Shown: piece by piece, positions 22,294-32,000 of the stretch
Numbering within the stretch: position 1 is the first letter of the stretch
How the letters are laid out: every line of letters begins with the position of its first letter
Assembly (NCBI RefSeq): GCF_001735745.1
Contig: NZ_CP017260.1
Location: 2,490,001-2,522,000 of the forward strand
Source: Formosa sp. Hel1_33_131
Lineage (GTDB): Bacteria; Bacteroidota; Bacteroidia; Flavobacteriales; Flavobacteriaceae
Direction of reading: 5' to 3'
DNA: 32,000 bases
Notes under the pieces: generated by a model
Databases searched by the model: none
Told to the model about the DNA's origin: nothing
What the model saw: the letters and a program-made list of their open reading frames with translations, nothing else
Position numbers and translations under genes: made by a program

Positions 22294-23244
22294 TTATAGC
22301 ATTCGTGCATTTTCATGAAAGGTAAATCCATTTAAAAAGGATACCGCATCCATTTGTCGTTTTCCGGGGAATTTAAAATTGATGAGTTCAATAAACCCTC
22401 CTTTTACGGCGACTTTAATGTCTTTTTTTGAAATAATAAGCTGTCCAGCTTCAAACGCATGGGGTTCAGAATGTTTTAGAACCTCATACAATTTGATGTT
22501 TAAAAGTTCTTCGCCATTGGATAAAAGTCCCCAAGCCGCAGGATAGGGATGGAGTCCGCGCACCTGATTGTATATGCTGTCTAATGTCGAATTCCAATCA
22601 ACTTTACAATTGTCTTTATTCAGTTTATAAGCTGTTTTGGTTTCTTTAAGTGGTTGTATCGTTGTTTCTAGGCTGCCCTTTTCGATTGTTTGGATCGTTT
22701 CCAACACCACATCACTCCCTAAGTGCATTAGTTTGTCATGCAATTCTCCTGCATTTTCTGTGGGGTTTATATCAATTTTGGATTGTAAAATCACGGCCCC
22801 CGTATCAATTTTTTCATCAATAAAAAAAGTGGTCACACCCGTTTCTTTTTCACCGTTGATAATTGCCCAATTTATAGGGGCAGCACCTCGGTAATCAGGG
22901 AGTAGAGACGCATGTAAATTGAAGGTTCCTAAAGCCGGCATCTGCCACACAGCTTTGGGCAGCATTCTGAAAGCCACCACAATTTGAAGGTTGGCATTCA
23001 AAGCTTTTAAATCACTCAAAAATGAGTCGTCTTTTAAATTGGTGGGTTGTAAAACCGTCAAGCCTTTAGATTTAGAAAATACCTTTACGGCGGATTCATG
23101 AATTTTTTGACCGCGACCTGCTGGGCGATCGGGCGCAGTGATGACCCCTGCAATCGTGTAATGGTGTTGTAAAAGTCCGTCTAATATAGTCACCGCAAAT
23201 TCGGGTGTGCCCATAAATACAATACGAATATCTTCTTTTTTCAT
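22294..23244 (-). CDS. fmt: Methionyl-tRNA formyltransferase
   Basis: 316 aa. Contains IVFMGTPEFAV, PDRPAGRGQK and NLHASLLPDYRGAAPINWAIING. Confidence 0.93.
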   Translation of the reverse strand: MKKEDIRIVFMGTPEFAVTILDGLLQHHYTIAGVITAPDRPAGRGQKIHESAVKVFSKSKGLTVLQPTNLKDDSFLSDLKALNANLQIVVAFRMLPKAVWQMPALGTFNLHASLLPDYRGAAPINWAIINGEKETGVTTFFIDEKIDTGAVILQSKIDINPTENAGELHDKLMHLGSDVVLETIQTIEKGSLETTIQPLKETKTAYKLNKDNCKVDWNSTLDSIYNQVRGLHPYPAAWGLLSNGEELLNIKLYEVLKHSEPHAFEAGQLIISKKDIKVAVKGGFIELINFKFPGKRQMDAVSFLNGFTFHENARML

Positions 23245-25139
23245 GACGTTTTCAGTTTGTATGTGTTTCGTTCTGTTAGTTCAATCAACTCTTTTTCTAA
23301 GAGGTTGGTGAGTATAGTGGTTAATTTTTCGCTATTAAAAGTGCTTAGAGCTTCTAGTTTTCTAGAAGAGAGGGCGTCTGTTTTGAGTAAAGTTAAGATT
23401 GTTTTTGAATCACTTTCTGAAATTACACTTTTTTTTGAACGTTCTAAGCAACTCGAACAAATCCCACATTGTTTTGAGTCTATTTCTTCAAAGTAAGACA
23501 GCAATTTTTGACTTTTACAAATGCCATCATTTTTGATATAATCAAACACCGATTGCAGTTGTGCTTTTTTTAAATCCTGTTGTTGTGAGACGATCTTAGA
23601 AATTCTATGAATTGTTTTATCATCTTCTCGGGGTTCAATAAAGGTGATTTGTGCATCTGTTTTTGAGGATTCAAACTGCACAATTTCAGCCTTATTCAAA
23701 GCAGTTAAATGCGAGATTACTTCGTCCTCTGAGAGGTTTATTTTCTTCGCGATGGTCTGCGTGAAAATTTCTGTAGAATGGTCAAACACCCCTTCGTGAC
23801 TTCTTAAGACAACTTTTATGATCAGGGCTTGTTTTGGATGCTTTTCGATGTAGTTGAACAAAGCAGTATTTCCAATAATGATTTGTAGGAAGGCCGTGTT
23901 TTTAAACCGTTCTTCTAATGATATGATACTGGTTCGGTCTAAAATTTTAAGCGCATTATACGTCAGGATAGAAGGAAGGCTATAGGTGCTGCAAAATAAT
24001 TTAAAGTTAAAATTATGAACCGTGTCCACGCCTTCTCCATAAGAAATTTGAAAATAATTACAAAGTCGTTTATATACATTTTTTAAAAACGCAATATCAG
24101 GCAGGCCATTGATATATTGACTTTTAGAGTTTTTTTCATCGGATGTATTCCGAAGGATGACTGCATAGGCGTTTTCATTATTGCGCCCTGCACGTCCAGC
24201 TTCTTGATAATAGCTTTCCAAGCTTTCGGGTAAGTTATGATGAATCACAGTTTGTACGTTGGCTTTGTCAATGCCCATTCCAAAGGCATTGGTGGCAACC
24301 ATCACTTGATTCTCATTCGCCGTCCAACGCTCAAATTGAGTGTCTTTTTCCTTCGGACTTAATCCACCGTGATAGTATCCACTTGTAATTCCGATCTTAT
24401 TCAAATACCCTGAAATTTCAAGGGTTGCTTTTCTGTTGCGTACATATATGATGGAGGTACCCGCATATTTTTTTAAAATTTGTACCGTTTTGAAATATTT
24501 ATCTTCACAGTCCAAGGTCAAATACGCCAAATTCGGGCGTTGAAAGGAGGTCTTAAAAATTTGTGGTGCAATGCAGTCCAATTGTGTGCTAATGTCCTCT
24601 ACCACCTTGGCAGTTGCCGAGGCAGTTAATCCAATCACGTTTACAGAGGGATGAAGTGTTCTGAGCGTTTTGATATCTCGATAGGCCGGTCTAAAATCAT
24701 GTCCCCACTGACTGATGCAATGCGCCTCGTCCACCGCAATGACATTGACATTCATTTGCTTGATGCGTTCTTGCACTAAATCTTGTTGAAGACGTTCCGG
24801 AGAGAGGTAGAGAAATTTATAATTTCCATAAATGCAGTTATCCAACATCCGATCGATGTCGTCATAAGTATAACCGCTAGTGAGTGCCATTGCTTTGATG
24901 CCTTTTTCTTTTAGGTTATTTACTTGATCTTGCATCAATGCAATGAGTGGAGAAACCACAATACAAATGCCGTCTTTGATCAAGGCTGGAATTTGAAAAC
25001 AAATCGATTTCCCACCTCCTGTTGGCAAAAGTGCGATGCAATCTTCATTTGCTAAAACCGCTTCAATAATTGCTTCTTGTTGTGGTTTAAACTCAGAAAA
25101 TTTCCAATAGTGTTCCAATATTTCAATTGGATGCTTCAT
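23241..25139 (-). CDS. recQ: RecQ-family ATP-dependent DNA helicase
   Basis: 632 aa. Contains FKPQQEAII, PTGGGKS, DEAHCISQWGHDFRP and YYQEAGRAGRN. Confidence 0.9.
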   Translation of the reverse strand: MKHPIEILEHYWKFSEFKPQQEAIIEAVLANEDCIALLPTGGGKSICFQIPALIKDGICIVVSPLIALMQDQVNNLKEKGIKAMALTSGYTYDDIDRMLDNCIYGNYKFLYLSPERLQQDLVQERIKQMNVNVIAVDEAHCISQWGHDFRPAYRDIKTLRTLHPSVNVIGLTASATAKVVEDISTQLDCIAPQIFKTSFQRPNLAYLTLDCEDKYFKTVQILKKYAGTSIIYVRNRKATLEISGYLNKIGITSGYYHGGLSPKEKDTQFERWTANENQVMVATNAFGMGIDKANVQTVIHHNLPESLESYYQEAGRAGRNNENAYAVILRNTSDEKNSKSQYINGLPDIAFLKNVYKRLCNYFQISYGEGVDTVHNFNFKLFCSTYSLPSILTYNALKILDRTSIISLEERFKNTAFLQIIIGNTALFNYIEKHPKQALIIKVVLRSHEGVFDHSTEIFTQTIAKKINLSEDEVISHLTALNKAEIVQFESSKTDAQITFIEPREDDKTIHRISKIVSQQQDLKKAQLQSVFDYIKNDGICKSQKLLSYFEEIDSKQCGICSSCLERSKKSVISESDSKTILTLLKTDALSSRKLEALSTFNSEKLTTILTNLLEKELIELTERNTYKLKTS

Positions 25140-25681
25140 TCACTTTCGTTTAAATGATTTAATATAAAGTCAATGCGTTCCTCAACCGTTCCAAAAGGGG
25201 TGTCAATAATAGCATACCCATAGTCTGTATAGGTTTTAACCAGAAAATCATGCAGGATCAACGCTTGTTCAAACGTTTCGTAGCGTTCGTTGTCTTGTTG
25301 GTAAATCGCTTTCCAAGGTTTTAAAATGAACACTTTGTTGTAGTTGTGTTGACTGCAAATTGTTTTAAAAGAATCTGGATAGCTACTTTTCAAATAATCT
25401 AAATAGGCAACGACATCTGGAAGTCCACGATCAAAAAATACAATTTCTTTATTAAGAGTATCGGCTTTTAAAAATTGTTTTTGACGGCCTAATAAAAGAT
25501 GCTCACTAAACAATAAGGGATCTTCCAAAAACAACTGTTCAATGCCTTTTTCTTGCGCATCAAGGGTAATTTGTCTAGAAATTTCTTCCATACAATTATA
25601 GCCTTTCGTTTTAAGTGCGTTGATTAAGGTTGTTTTGCCAGTGCCAGGCCCTCCAATAAGAGCAATTTTTTGAGTATTCAA
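25136..25681 (-). CDS. P-loop ATPase (AAA_28/NadR-like small ATPase)
   Basis: 181 aa. Walker A IALIGGPGTGKTTL. A 4-nt overlap with recQ suggests an operon. Confidence 0.65.
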   Translation of the reverse strand: MNTQKIALIGGPGTGKTTLINALKTKGYNCMEEISRQITLDAQEKGIEQLFLEDPLLFSEHLLLGRQKQFLKADTLNKEIVFFDRGLPDVVAYLDYLKSSYPDSFKTICSQHNYNKVFILKPWKAIYQQDNERYETFEQALILHDFLVKTYTDYGYAIIDTPFGTVEERIDFILNHLNESE

Positions 25682-25771
25682 GTCGTTTTGTTTAATTCCT
25701 GTAAAATTCGTGATTTAAAAGGGAAATAAAAAATCAGATATAATGTATATTTGTACACTTAGCATTAAACA

Positions 25772-26065
25772 ATGGAAAAATCTGTAAACCCAGAAGAATT
25801 TTACAACAATTTAAAAGAAAAGCTGCAGGATACTTCTGGATGGCCCTCTGAGTATTTATATAAATTCATCATTAAAACAGATCCTGTCAAAATCAATACC
25901 GTTGAATGTATTTTTGATAATATGGGAGCGGTTATTAAAACCATTCCTTCTAAGAAAGGAAATTACACCAGTATTTCTATCAATGTGGTTATGAAGAACC
26001 CTGATAGCGTTATAGAAAAATATAAAGAAGTTGGAAGACAAGTAGAAGGGGTTATTTCGCTCTAA
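25772..26065 (+). CDS. DUF493 (YbeD-like) family protein
   Basis: 97 aa. The size and the WPSEYLYKFII...ISINV pattern fit YbeD-like proteins. Confidence 0.6.
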   Translation: MEKSVNPEEFYNNLKEKLQDTSGWPSEYLYKFIIKTDPVKINTVECIFDNMGAVIKTIPSKKGNYTSISINVVMKNPDSVIEKYKEVGRQVEGVISL

Positions 26066-26163
26066 AAATAGGACTTTTAAGCATCTTTTAAAATACCCTT
26101 AGACTCACATTATTTTTTTGTATTTTGCAAACACTTAAATTTTAAAAACCAAAGATCGCATAC

Positions 26164-26814
26164 ATGACAGCGTTAACAGATCAACTAGAATATAATACAG
26201 AACGAGAACACTTAATCATCCCTGAATATGGAAGACATTTACAGAAAATGATCAACCATGCCGTGGCTCAAGAATCTAAAGAAGAACGCAATCGCTTGGC
26301 GAAAGCGATTATTTCTGTGATGGGAAATATGCAGCCACATTTACGTGATGTGCCTGATTTTCAACACAAGCTTTGGGATCAATTATTTATCATGTCGGAT
26401 TTAAAATTGGACGCAGAATCTCCTTTTGATAAACCAACAGAGGAAATGTTAAGCCTTCGTCCTGAGCCATTAAAGTATCCACAGAACTTTCCGAAATATC
26501 GTTTTTATGGAAACAACATCAAAACAATGATTGATGTGGCCAATACATGGGAAGCTGGAGAAATGAAAGATGGATTGGAATATACCATTGCGAACCACAT
26601 GAAAAAATCATTTCTGAATTGGAATAAAGACACCGTTGAAGATGTCGTTATTTTCGGACATCTGTTCGAGTTATCTGGCGGAAAAATTGATTTACGTAAG
26701 AGTACCGAAGCTTTGAGTGAAGTCTCAAGTTTATTAAAAGTACAACGTAAATTTGCGGCTCCAAAAAAATCTTCCAAAAAGAACAACTACCAAAAAAATC
26801 GAAAACGTTACTAA
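26164..26814 (+). CDS. DUF4290 family protein
   Basis: 216 aa. Contains LEYNTEREHLIIPEYGRHLQKMI. The position immediately upstream of murA is conserved in Bacteroidota. Confidence 0.7.
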   Translation: MTALTDQLEYNTEREHLIIPEYGRHLQKMINHAVAQESKEERNRLAKAIISVMGNMQPHLRDVPDFQHKLWDQLFIMSDLKLDAESPFDKPTEEMLSLRPEPLKYPQNFPKYRFYGNNIKTMIDVANTWEAGEMKDGLEYTIANHMKKSFLNWNKDTVEDVVIFGHLFELSGGKIDLRKSTEALSEVSSLLKVQRKFAAPKKSSKKNNYQKNRKRY

Positions 26815-26869
26815 TATCCAGATAGATTAGGATTTCAGTAAACGCACTACTCATTTAAATTACTCAACA

Positions 26870-28183
26870 TTGAAAACTTTTAAAATTGAAGGCGGACACC
26901 AACTAAAAGGGGCGATTCAGCCACAAGGCGCAAAAAACGAAGCCCTTCAGATTTTGTGTGCTGTTATATTATCACCAGAAAAAATTACGATTCACAATAT
27001 TCCAGATATTATTGATGTCAACAAGCTTATTGATTTATTAGGAAAGTTGGGCGTTAAAGTCGAAAAATTAGCCAAAGGCAGTTATTCTTTTCAGGCGGAT
27101 GAGATCAATTTAGAGTATTTAGAAACTGAAGCTTTTAAGGAAGACGGTCGTGGACTTCGAGGATCGATTATGATTGTTGGGCCACTTTTAGCCCGATTTG
27201 GAAAAGGATACATTCCAAAGCCTGGAGGCGATAAAATTGGTCGCAGACGTTTAGATACGCACTTTGAGGGATTCATCAAATTAGGGGCTAATTTTAGATA
27301 CAACCGCGAAGACCATTTTTACGGAGTAGAAGCGAAAGAGTTGAAAGGAACCTATATGTTGTTGGATGAAGCGTCAGTGACAGGAACGGCAAATATTGTG
27401 ATGGCGGCTGTCTTGGCCACAGGAACAACAACAATCTATAATGCGGCTTGTGAGCCGTATTTACAGCAACTCTGTAAAATGCTCAATAGAATGGGCGCAA
27501 AGATTTCGGGCATTGGTTCAAATATGCTAACCATTGAAGGTGTAAAAACCTTAGGCGGTACAGAGCATACCATGTTGCCAGATATGATTGAAATTGGGAG
27601 TTGGATTGGATTGGCTGCGATGACCAAAAGCGAATTAACAATTAAGAATGTAAGTTGGGATGATTTGGGAGTGATTCCAAATGTGTTTCGAAAGTTGGGA
27701 ATTACCATCGAAAGAAAAGGGGATGATATCTTTATTCCTAAGCATATAGATGGCTATGAAATTCAAAATTATATTGATGGCTCTATACTCACCATTTCGG
27801 ATGCGCCATGGCCTGGGTTTACTCCAGATTTATTAAGTATTATTCTGGTGGTGGCTACACAAGCCAGAGGAAGCGTGCTGATTCATCAAAAGATGTTTGA
27901 AAGCCGTTTGTTCTTTGTCGATAAATTAATTGACATGGGTGCAAAAATCATTCTTTGTGATCCACACCGTGCGTCTGTGATTGGACATGATTTTAAATCA
28001 AGCCTAAAAGCTACGACCATGACCTCTCCAGATATTAGAGCGGGGGTTTCCTTATTAATTGCGGCACTTTCTGCTAAAGGGACTTCTACGATTCACAATA
28101 TTGAACAGATTGACCGAGGGTATGAAAATATAGACGATCGCTTACGTGCCATTGGCGCAAAGATTGAACGTGTCGAGTTATAA
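26870..28183 (+). CDS. murA: UDP-N-acetylglucosamine 1-carboxyvinyltransferase
   Basis: 437 aa. Contains GAKNEALQILCA and KPGGDKIGRRRLDTH. The apparent start codon is TTG at 26870. Confidence 0.93.
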   Translation: MKTFKIEGGHQLKGAIQPQGAKNEALQILCAVILSPEKITIHNIPDIIDVNKLIDLLGKLGVKVEKLAKGSYSFQADEINLEYLETEAFKEDGRGLRGSIMIVGPLLARFGKGYIPKPGGDKIGRRRLDTHFEGFIKLGANFRYNREDHFYGVEAKELKGTYMLLDEASVTGTANIVMAAVLATGTTTIYNAACEPYLQQLCKMLNRMGAKISGIGSNMLTIEGVKTLGGTEHTMLPDMIEIGSWIGLAAMTKSELTIKNVSWDDLGVIPNVFRKLGITIERKGDDIFIPKHIDGYEIQNYIDGSILTISDAPWPGFTPDLLSIILVVATQARGSVLIHQKMFESRLFFVDKLIDMGAKIILCDPHRASVIGHDFKSSLKATTMTSPDIRAGVSLLIAALSAKGTSTIHNIEQIDRGYENIDDRLRAIGAKIERVEL

Positions 28184-28233
28184 TTCGAGCAGACAAAATT
28201 AGTTTTACTAAAGCGAATGATTATTAAATAGAT

Positions 28234-28812
28234 ATGAACTTAGAAAAAGACCTTCAAGAACGCAGCAAACACAGTTGCGAACTTTGTAAAGCCACTGAAA
28301 ACCTAAACGTTTATACCGTTCAGCCTTCCAAAAAAGTAGATCTTACGGATAGTATCTACGCCTGTGAAACCTGTACCTCACAAATCGAAGATTCTGATTT
28401 AATGAATCCAAACCATTGGCGGTGTCTTAATGACAGTATGTGGAGTGAATTTCTTCCCGTTCAAGTTGTTGCCTGGCGTATGCTCAACCGTGTGCTTTCT
28501 TCGGGTTGGTCTCAGGATTTATTAGATATGATGTATTTGGATGAAGAACCGTTGGAGTGGGCAAAGGCACTCGGCGATGGCGTGGAAGAAGGTACTAAAC
28601 TTATTCATAGAGATGTGAATGGCGTCATCCTTGAAGCAGGCGATAGTGTCGTTCTTATAAAAGATTTAAAAGTCAAAGGGTCAAGTATGATTGCCAAACA
28701 AGGAACCGCCGTCAGACGGATCTCTTTGGACCACGAAAATGAAACCTATATTGAAGGAAAGGTCGATGGCAAGCATATTGTGATTATCACTCAATACGTA
28801 AAGAAACTTTAG
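28234..28812 (+). CDS. phnA: PhnA-domain protein
   Basis: 192 aa. N-terminal Cys pairs (CELC...CETC) and the C-terminal PhnA beta domain (LKVKGSSMIAKQGTAVRRISL). Confidence 0.8.
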   Translation: MNLEKDLQERSKHSCELCKATENLNVYTVQPSKKVDLTDSIYACETCTSQIEDSDLMNPNHWRCLNDSMWSEFLPVQVVAWRMLNRVLSSGWSQDLLDMMYLDEEPLEWAKALGDGVEEGTKLIHRDVNGVILEAGDSVVLIKDLKVKGSSMIAKQGTAVRRISLDHENETYIEGKVDGKHIVIITQYVKKL

Positions 28813-30116
28813 TTCTTACCCAAGGCTTCTTTATAGGTCGAAAGACAACGCTCTCTCGCAAATTTATGATCAACCATCGGCGTAGGATAGGTTAACTCTT
28901 GATATTCAGGCACCCATTTTTTAATGTATTTATGCTCTTTGTCAAAATTGGTAACTTGTGTCGTAGGATTGAAAATTCTAAAATACGGTGCCGCATCTAC
29001 GCCACAGCCAGCAACCCATTGCCAATTACTCACATTACTTGAAAGTTCAAAATCATGGAGCTTTTCCGCAAAATAAGCTTCTCCCAAGCGCCAATCGATC
29101 AAAAGATGTTTGCATAAAAAACTACCCACCAACATACGCACACGGTTGTGCATAAATCCTGTTTGATTCAGTTCACGCATCCCCGCATCTACAAGGGGAT
29201 AGCCGGTATTTCCATCACACCATTGTTTGTATTCTTCGGGGTCATTACGCCATTTAATCGCTTCGTATTGAGGCTTGAAACTTTGGGTGACGGTATGAGG
29301 AAAATGCCATAAAATCTGCATAAAAAATTCACGCCAAATCAATTCTTTTAAAAACGTATTGTTGGTATGCTGAATGGCTTTGGAAACAATCTCTCGAACA
29401 CTTACCGTTCCAAATCGTAAATGAGGGCCTAATTTGGACGTCCCATCCACCGCAGGAAAATTCCGTGTGGCTTCATAATTTTCAATGATGCCACTTTCCA
29501 CTTTGTAAGGCGCGACTTTAACAGGGTTTGGCTCAAAGCCCATAGACTTTAAATCCACCCATGGAAAAGAACTAGATTGGTAAGTATTGCTTAATAATTC
29601 TTCTGAGTGAAATGCGCTGCAACGATCGGTATTAAAAGCGGCCAGCCATTTTTTTGAGAAAGGGGTATAGACTTTATAAGGAAGTCCGTCGTCTTTTGTA
29701 ATTTCATTTTGTTCAAATATCACATGGTCTTTAAACGAATTAAATGCGATGGATTTTGATTCTAGTAAGTCAGAAATACTTTGATCCCTTGAAAGGGCAT
29801 ACGGCTCATAATCTCGATTGTAATATACGCTGCTTACGTCGTATTCAGTGGTCAGTTGTTCTATAACCGCTTCAGGAGTTCCGTGGTAAACAGACAACCC
29901 ACTTCCGTGTGCTTGCAGGTTTGTGTTGATTGCTTGAAGTTGTTCATGGATGAATTCAACTCTTGCATCATTTTTGGGTAATGAATCTAATATAGAGGTA
30001 TCAAAAATAAATATAGGCAATACAGCCTCGTTATGTTTTAAGGCTTCAAACAATCCATGGTTGTCGTGCAGTCTTAAATCTCTTCTAAACCAAAATAGTG
30101 ATACAGTTGTTTTCAT
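28809..30116 (-). CDS. phrB: Deoxyribodipyrimidine photolyase (cryptochrome/photolyase family)
   Basis: 435 aa. Contains LFWFRRDLRLHDN, TSKLGPHLRFG, REFF and GFMHNRVRM. Confidence 0.9.
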   Translation of the reverse strand: MKTTVSLFWFRRDLRLHDNHGLFEALKHNEAVLPIFIFDTSILDSLPKNDARVEFIHEQLQAINTNLQAHGSGLSVYHGTPEAVIEQLTTEYDVSSVYYNRDYEPYALSRDQSISDLLESKSIAFNSFKDHVIFEQNEITKDDGLPYKVYTPFSKKWLAAFNTDRCSAFHSEELLSNTYQSSSFPWVDLKSMGFEPNPVKVAPYKVESGIIENYEATRNFPAVDGTSKLGPHLRFGTVSVREIVSKAIQHTNNTFLKELIWREFFMQILWHFPHTVTQSFKPQYEAIKWRNDPEEYKQWCDGNTGYPLVDAGMRELNQTGFMHNRVRMLVGSFLCKHLLIDWRLGEAYFAEKLHDFELSSNVSNWQWVAGCGVDAAPYFRIFNPTTQVTNFDKEHKYIKKWVPEYQELTYPTPMVDHKFARERCLSTYKEALGKN

Positions 30117-30577
30117 TAATACGTTCCAAATAATTCGGTTAATTTCTTTTGTCTGTGGGCGAAAATTTCTTCCAATTTAGGTTTTACGATAAACGGATGC
30201 ACGAGTTGCCCTAGCCATCCCAATGGGACTTTATAGTCAATGATGTCTTCCATTTCTACGCCGCCATCAATCGCCTTAATAAAGTGTTTGTGATGCCAAA
30301 GTGCGTAAGGGCCGTAACGTTGTTCGTCCACAAAATAATGTTGGTCTTTCACTTGTGTGATTTCAGTCACCCATTTGGTTTTAATCCCCAAAAGAGGCGT
30401 CACACTGTATTGGATAATCTGCCCAGGATACATAGGACGGTCGGCACCCGATAAAATATCAAAACTCATATAGGCTGGAGTGATGGTTTTTAGGTTTGCT
30501 GGATTCGATAAAAATTCCCAAGCTTTTTCTACACTAATAGGTAGATTTTGCTTTTTGTGGACAGTGTAAATTTTCAT
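30116..30577 (-). CDS. SRPBCC-fold family protein
   Basis: 153 aa. Size and pattern are consistent with polyketide-cyclase/START-like proteins found next to photolyase genes. Confidence 0.6.
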   Translation of the reverse strand: MKIYTVHKKQNLPISVEKAWEFLSNPANLKTITPAYMSFDILSGADRPMYPGQIIQYSVTPLLGIKTKWVTEITQVKDQHYFVDEQRYGPYALWHHKHFIKAIDGGVEMEDIIDYKVPLGWLGQLVHPFIVKPKLEEIFAHRQKKLTELFGTY

Positions 30578-30579
30578 AC

Positions 30580-31041
30580 TTAATTATATAATGCGATGTA
30601 TAAGTTTAAAGAAGTTGCGAGTACCAACCAGATGCAATAGGGCAGTACATAAAAACGTTTATTCTTAAGGGAATTTTTAAATGCTATCAGGAAATAAAAC
30701 ATTAATACCGTTAAAAGTATGATGTTAAGTAAGCCTATATTGATAAGGTGTCGATTGAAAAATAGATAATTCCAAATTATGTTCAACACGAATTGAGCGC
30801 TAAATAGGAGTACAACTTTTTTGGATCGATTCACTTGAATTAAAAAAGTCATATACACTGAAAACAGAATCATAATACTGCTCCAAGCCACTCCAAAAAC
30901 CCAGCCGGGTGGAGACCATTGTGCTTGATTCAGATTGATGTACCATTCGGTTCGTGGGCCGTCATTCATGAGCCAAGTTCCGATTGCAAGTGCACTAAAA
31001 TTAATGAGAATAAAAAGGAGTAAGCCTTTATAAAATTTCAT
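30580..31041 (-). CDS. tspO: TspO/MBR family tryptophan-rich sensory protein
   Basis: 153 aa with five hydrophobic helices. Contains PPGWVFGVAWSSIM and NIIWNYLFF. Confidence 0.85.
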   Translation of the reverse strand: MKFYKGLLLFILINFSALAIGTWLMNDGPRTEWYINLNQAQWSPPGWVFGVAWSSIMILFSVYMTFLIQVNRSKKVVLLFSAQFVLNIIWNYLFFNRHLINIGLLNIILLTVLMFYFLIAFKNSLKNKRFYVLPYCIWLVLATSLNLYIALYN

Positions 31042-31209
31042 TTAGCTGTTTAGTTTGTCAATTTCATCTAATAACCCTTGCGCTTCAGAATACTTCGCGT
31101 CACTCGCGGAGCGATTCGTTGTTGAAAGTTCGTGCCATTCTGACATTAACTTTTTATAACGATCTTGAAGTTTCTCGACTGGGGTCTTTTTTTTGAAAAT
31201 TCCGAACAT
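31042..31209 (-). CDS. Small conserved protein (55 aa; resembles the Flavobacteriaceae Lacal_2735 family)
   Basis: My own translation: MFGIFKKKTPVEKLQDRYKKLMSEWHELSTTNRSASDAKYSEAQGLLDEIDKLNS*. It fits exactly between the tspO start and the gpx stop. It is below the track cut-off. Confidence 0.55.
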   Translation of the reverse strand: MFGIFKKKTPVEKLQDRYKKLMSEWHELSTTNRSASDAKYSEAQGLLDEIDKLNS

Positions 31210-31212
31210 AAC

Positions 31213-31767
31213 TTATTTTAATTGACGTGTTATTTTACTACTTAATGGTTTTGTAATCGAATAGAAATAATCTACAAAGGCTCCGTTACCATCGACTAAA
31301 TACTTTTGAAAATTCCATTTTACGGAAGTGCTTTTAACACTGTTTAAATCCTTGTTGGTTAACCACTTATATAGTGGGTGTTGATTATCTCCTTTAACGT
31401 CGATTTTTTCAGTCATTAAGAAAGTTACGCCGTAATTTTTTGAACAAAACGATTGTATTTGATCTGAAGTACCAGGCTCTTGACCGCCAAATTGGTTGCA
31501 AGGAACTCCGATGACCATCAGCTTATCTTGATAGGTGTCGTACAGTTTTTGAAGGTCTTCATACTGTCCCGTAAAACCACATTCAGAAGCAACGTTTACA
31601 AACAGGATGTGTTTTCCTTTGTAGTCGTTTAGATTGATGGGACTTCCATCAAGACTGTTAATTTCAATGTTATATAAAGACATAGTTTGGTTATTTATTA
31701 TTTGTGAATTAGTTTGAATTGAAACGAAAAACAAGATTGATAAAATCACTAATTTTAATGAATTCAT
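31213..31767 (-). CDS. Glutathione peroxidase (Cys-type) with a signal peptide
   Basis: 184 aa. Contains LFVNVASECGFTGQY, NQFGGQEPG and WNFQKYL. Confidence 0.9.
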   Translation of the reverse strand: MNSLKLVILSILFFVSIQTNSQIINNQTMSLYNIEINSLDGSPINLNDYKGKHILFVNVASECGFTGQYEDLQKLYDTYQDKLMVIGVPCNQFGGQEPGTSDQIQSFCSKNYGVTFLMTEKIDVKGDNQHPLYKWLTNKDLNSVKSTSVKWNFQKYLVDGNGAFVDYFYSITKPLSSKITRQLK

Positions 31768-31770
31768 AGC

Positions 31771-32000
31771 TTATAATTTTAAAGAGACGATACCGCAATC
31801 TAGGTTAAAAATTTGCCCAGAAATTGACTTAGAGACGTCTGAAAGAAGGTATTCTGCCATGGCAGCAACTTCTGAAGGCTCTAGGTATTTTTTCAAAGGA
31901 TGACGCTGAATGGTACTTTCAATCATGCGTTCATTTCTAAGAAATTTAGCGGCTAATTCTGTATCCGTAATCGTTGGCGCAATCGCATTGACTCTAATTT
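31771..32000 (-). CDS. Short-chain dehydrogenase/reductase, C-terminal part; the 5' end lies outside the window
   Basis: My own translation of the minus strand: IRVNAIAPTITDTELAAKFLRNERMIESTIQRHPLKKYLEPSEVAAMAEYLLSDVSKSISGQIFNLDCGIVSLKL*. Confidence 0.75.
   Translation of the reverse strand, partial: IRVNAIAPTITDTELAAKFLRNERMIESTIQRHPLKKYLEPSEVAAMAEYLLSDVSKSISGQIFNLDCGIVSLKL

Noticed and set aside
26870-26872. Non-ATG (TTG) start of murA as a possible anomaly
   Set aside because: The N-terminus MKTFKIEGG... aligns with canonical MurA starts, no in-frame ATG lies upstream, and TTG starts are common. This is not noteworthy.

Overview
This is a low-GC chromosomal segment. Gene content, gene order and TAnnTTTG-type promoter motifs suggest Bacteroidota, probably Flavobacteriaceae; that assignment is inference. 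Most of the window is ordinary core genome: nadC (3' end), yihY/brkB-like, priA, a LytTR response regulator, rpsF-rpsR-rplI, a large TonB-dependent receptor, hisS, a tRNA(CAT), pabC-like, yqgE/algH, HU, fmt, recQ, murA, phnA, photolyase, an SRPBCC gene, tspO and glutathione peroxidase. There are two accessory regions.

(1) 8956-16300 is a 7.3 kb insertion in the 3' end of the TonB-dependent receptor gene. A 52-bp att-like segment occurs three times, and conserved end sequences (called X and Y here) delimit tandem units with no integrase. Inside these units the genes sit on the minus strand as integron-like cassettes. Structured sites of about 135 bp resemble attC sites. The inner ...AAC box of each site is the exact complement (8-10 bp) of the first bases of its own cassette (GTT...). 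The cargo is defence-type: a nucleoside-2-deoxyribosyltransferase-like/TIR fusion, AbiEi/AbiEii, a truncated methyltransferase, a truncated DUF1016 nuclease, two small orphan proteins, and an IS1182-family IS inserted in one attC-like site. No intI-like gene is visible in the window.

(2) 18233-19713 holds three tandem paralogous two-gene modules that look like toxin-antitoxin pairs, next to the tRNA. In the third module each gene carries one nonsense codon.

No rRNA genes or CRISPR arrays were seen.
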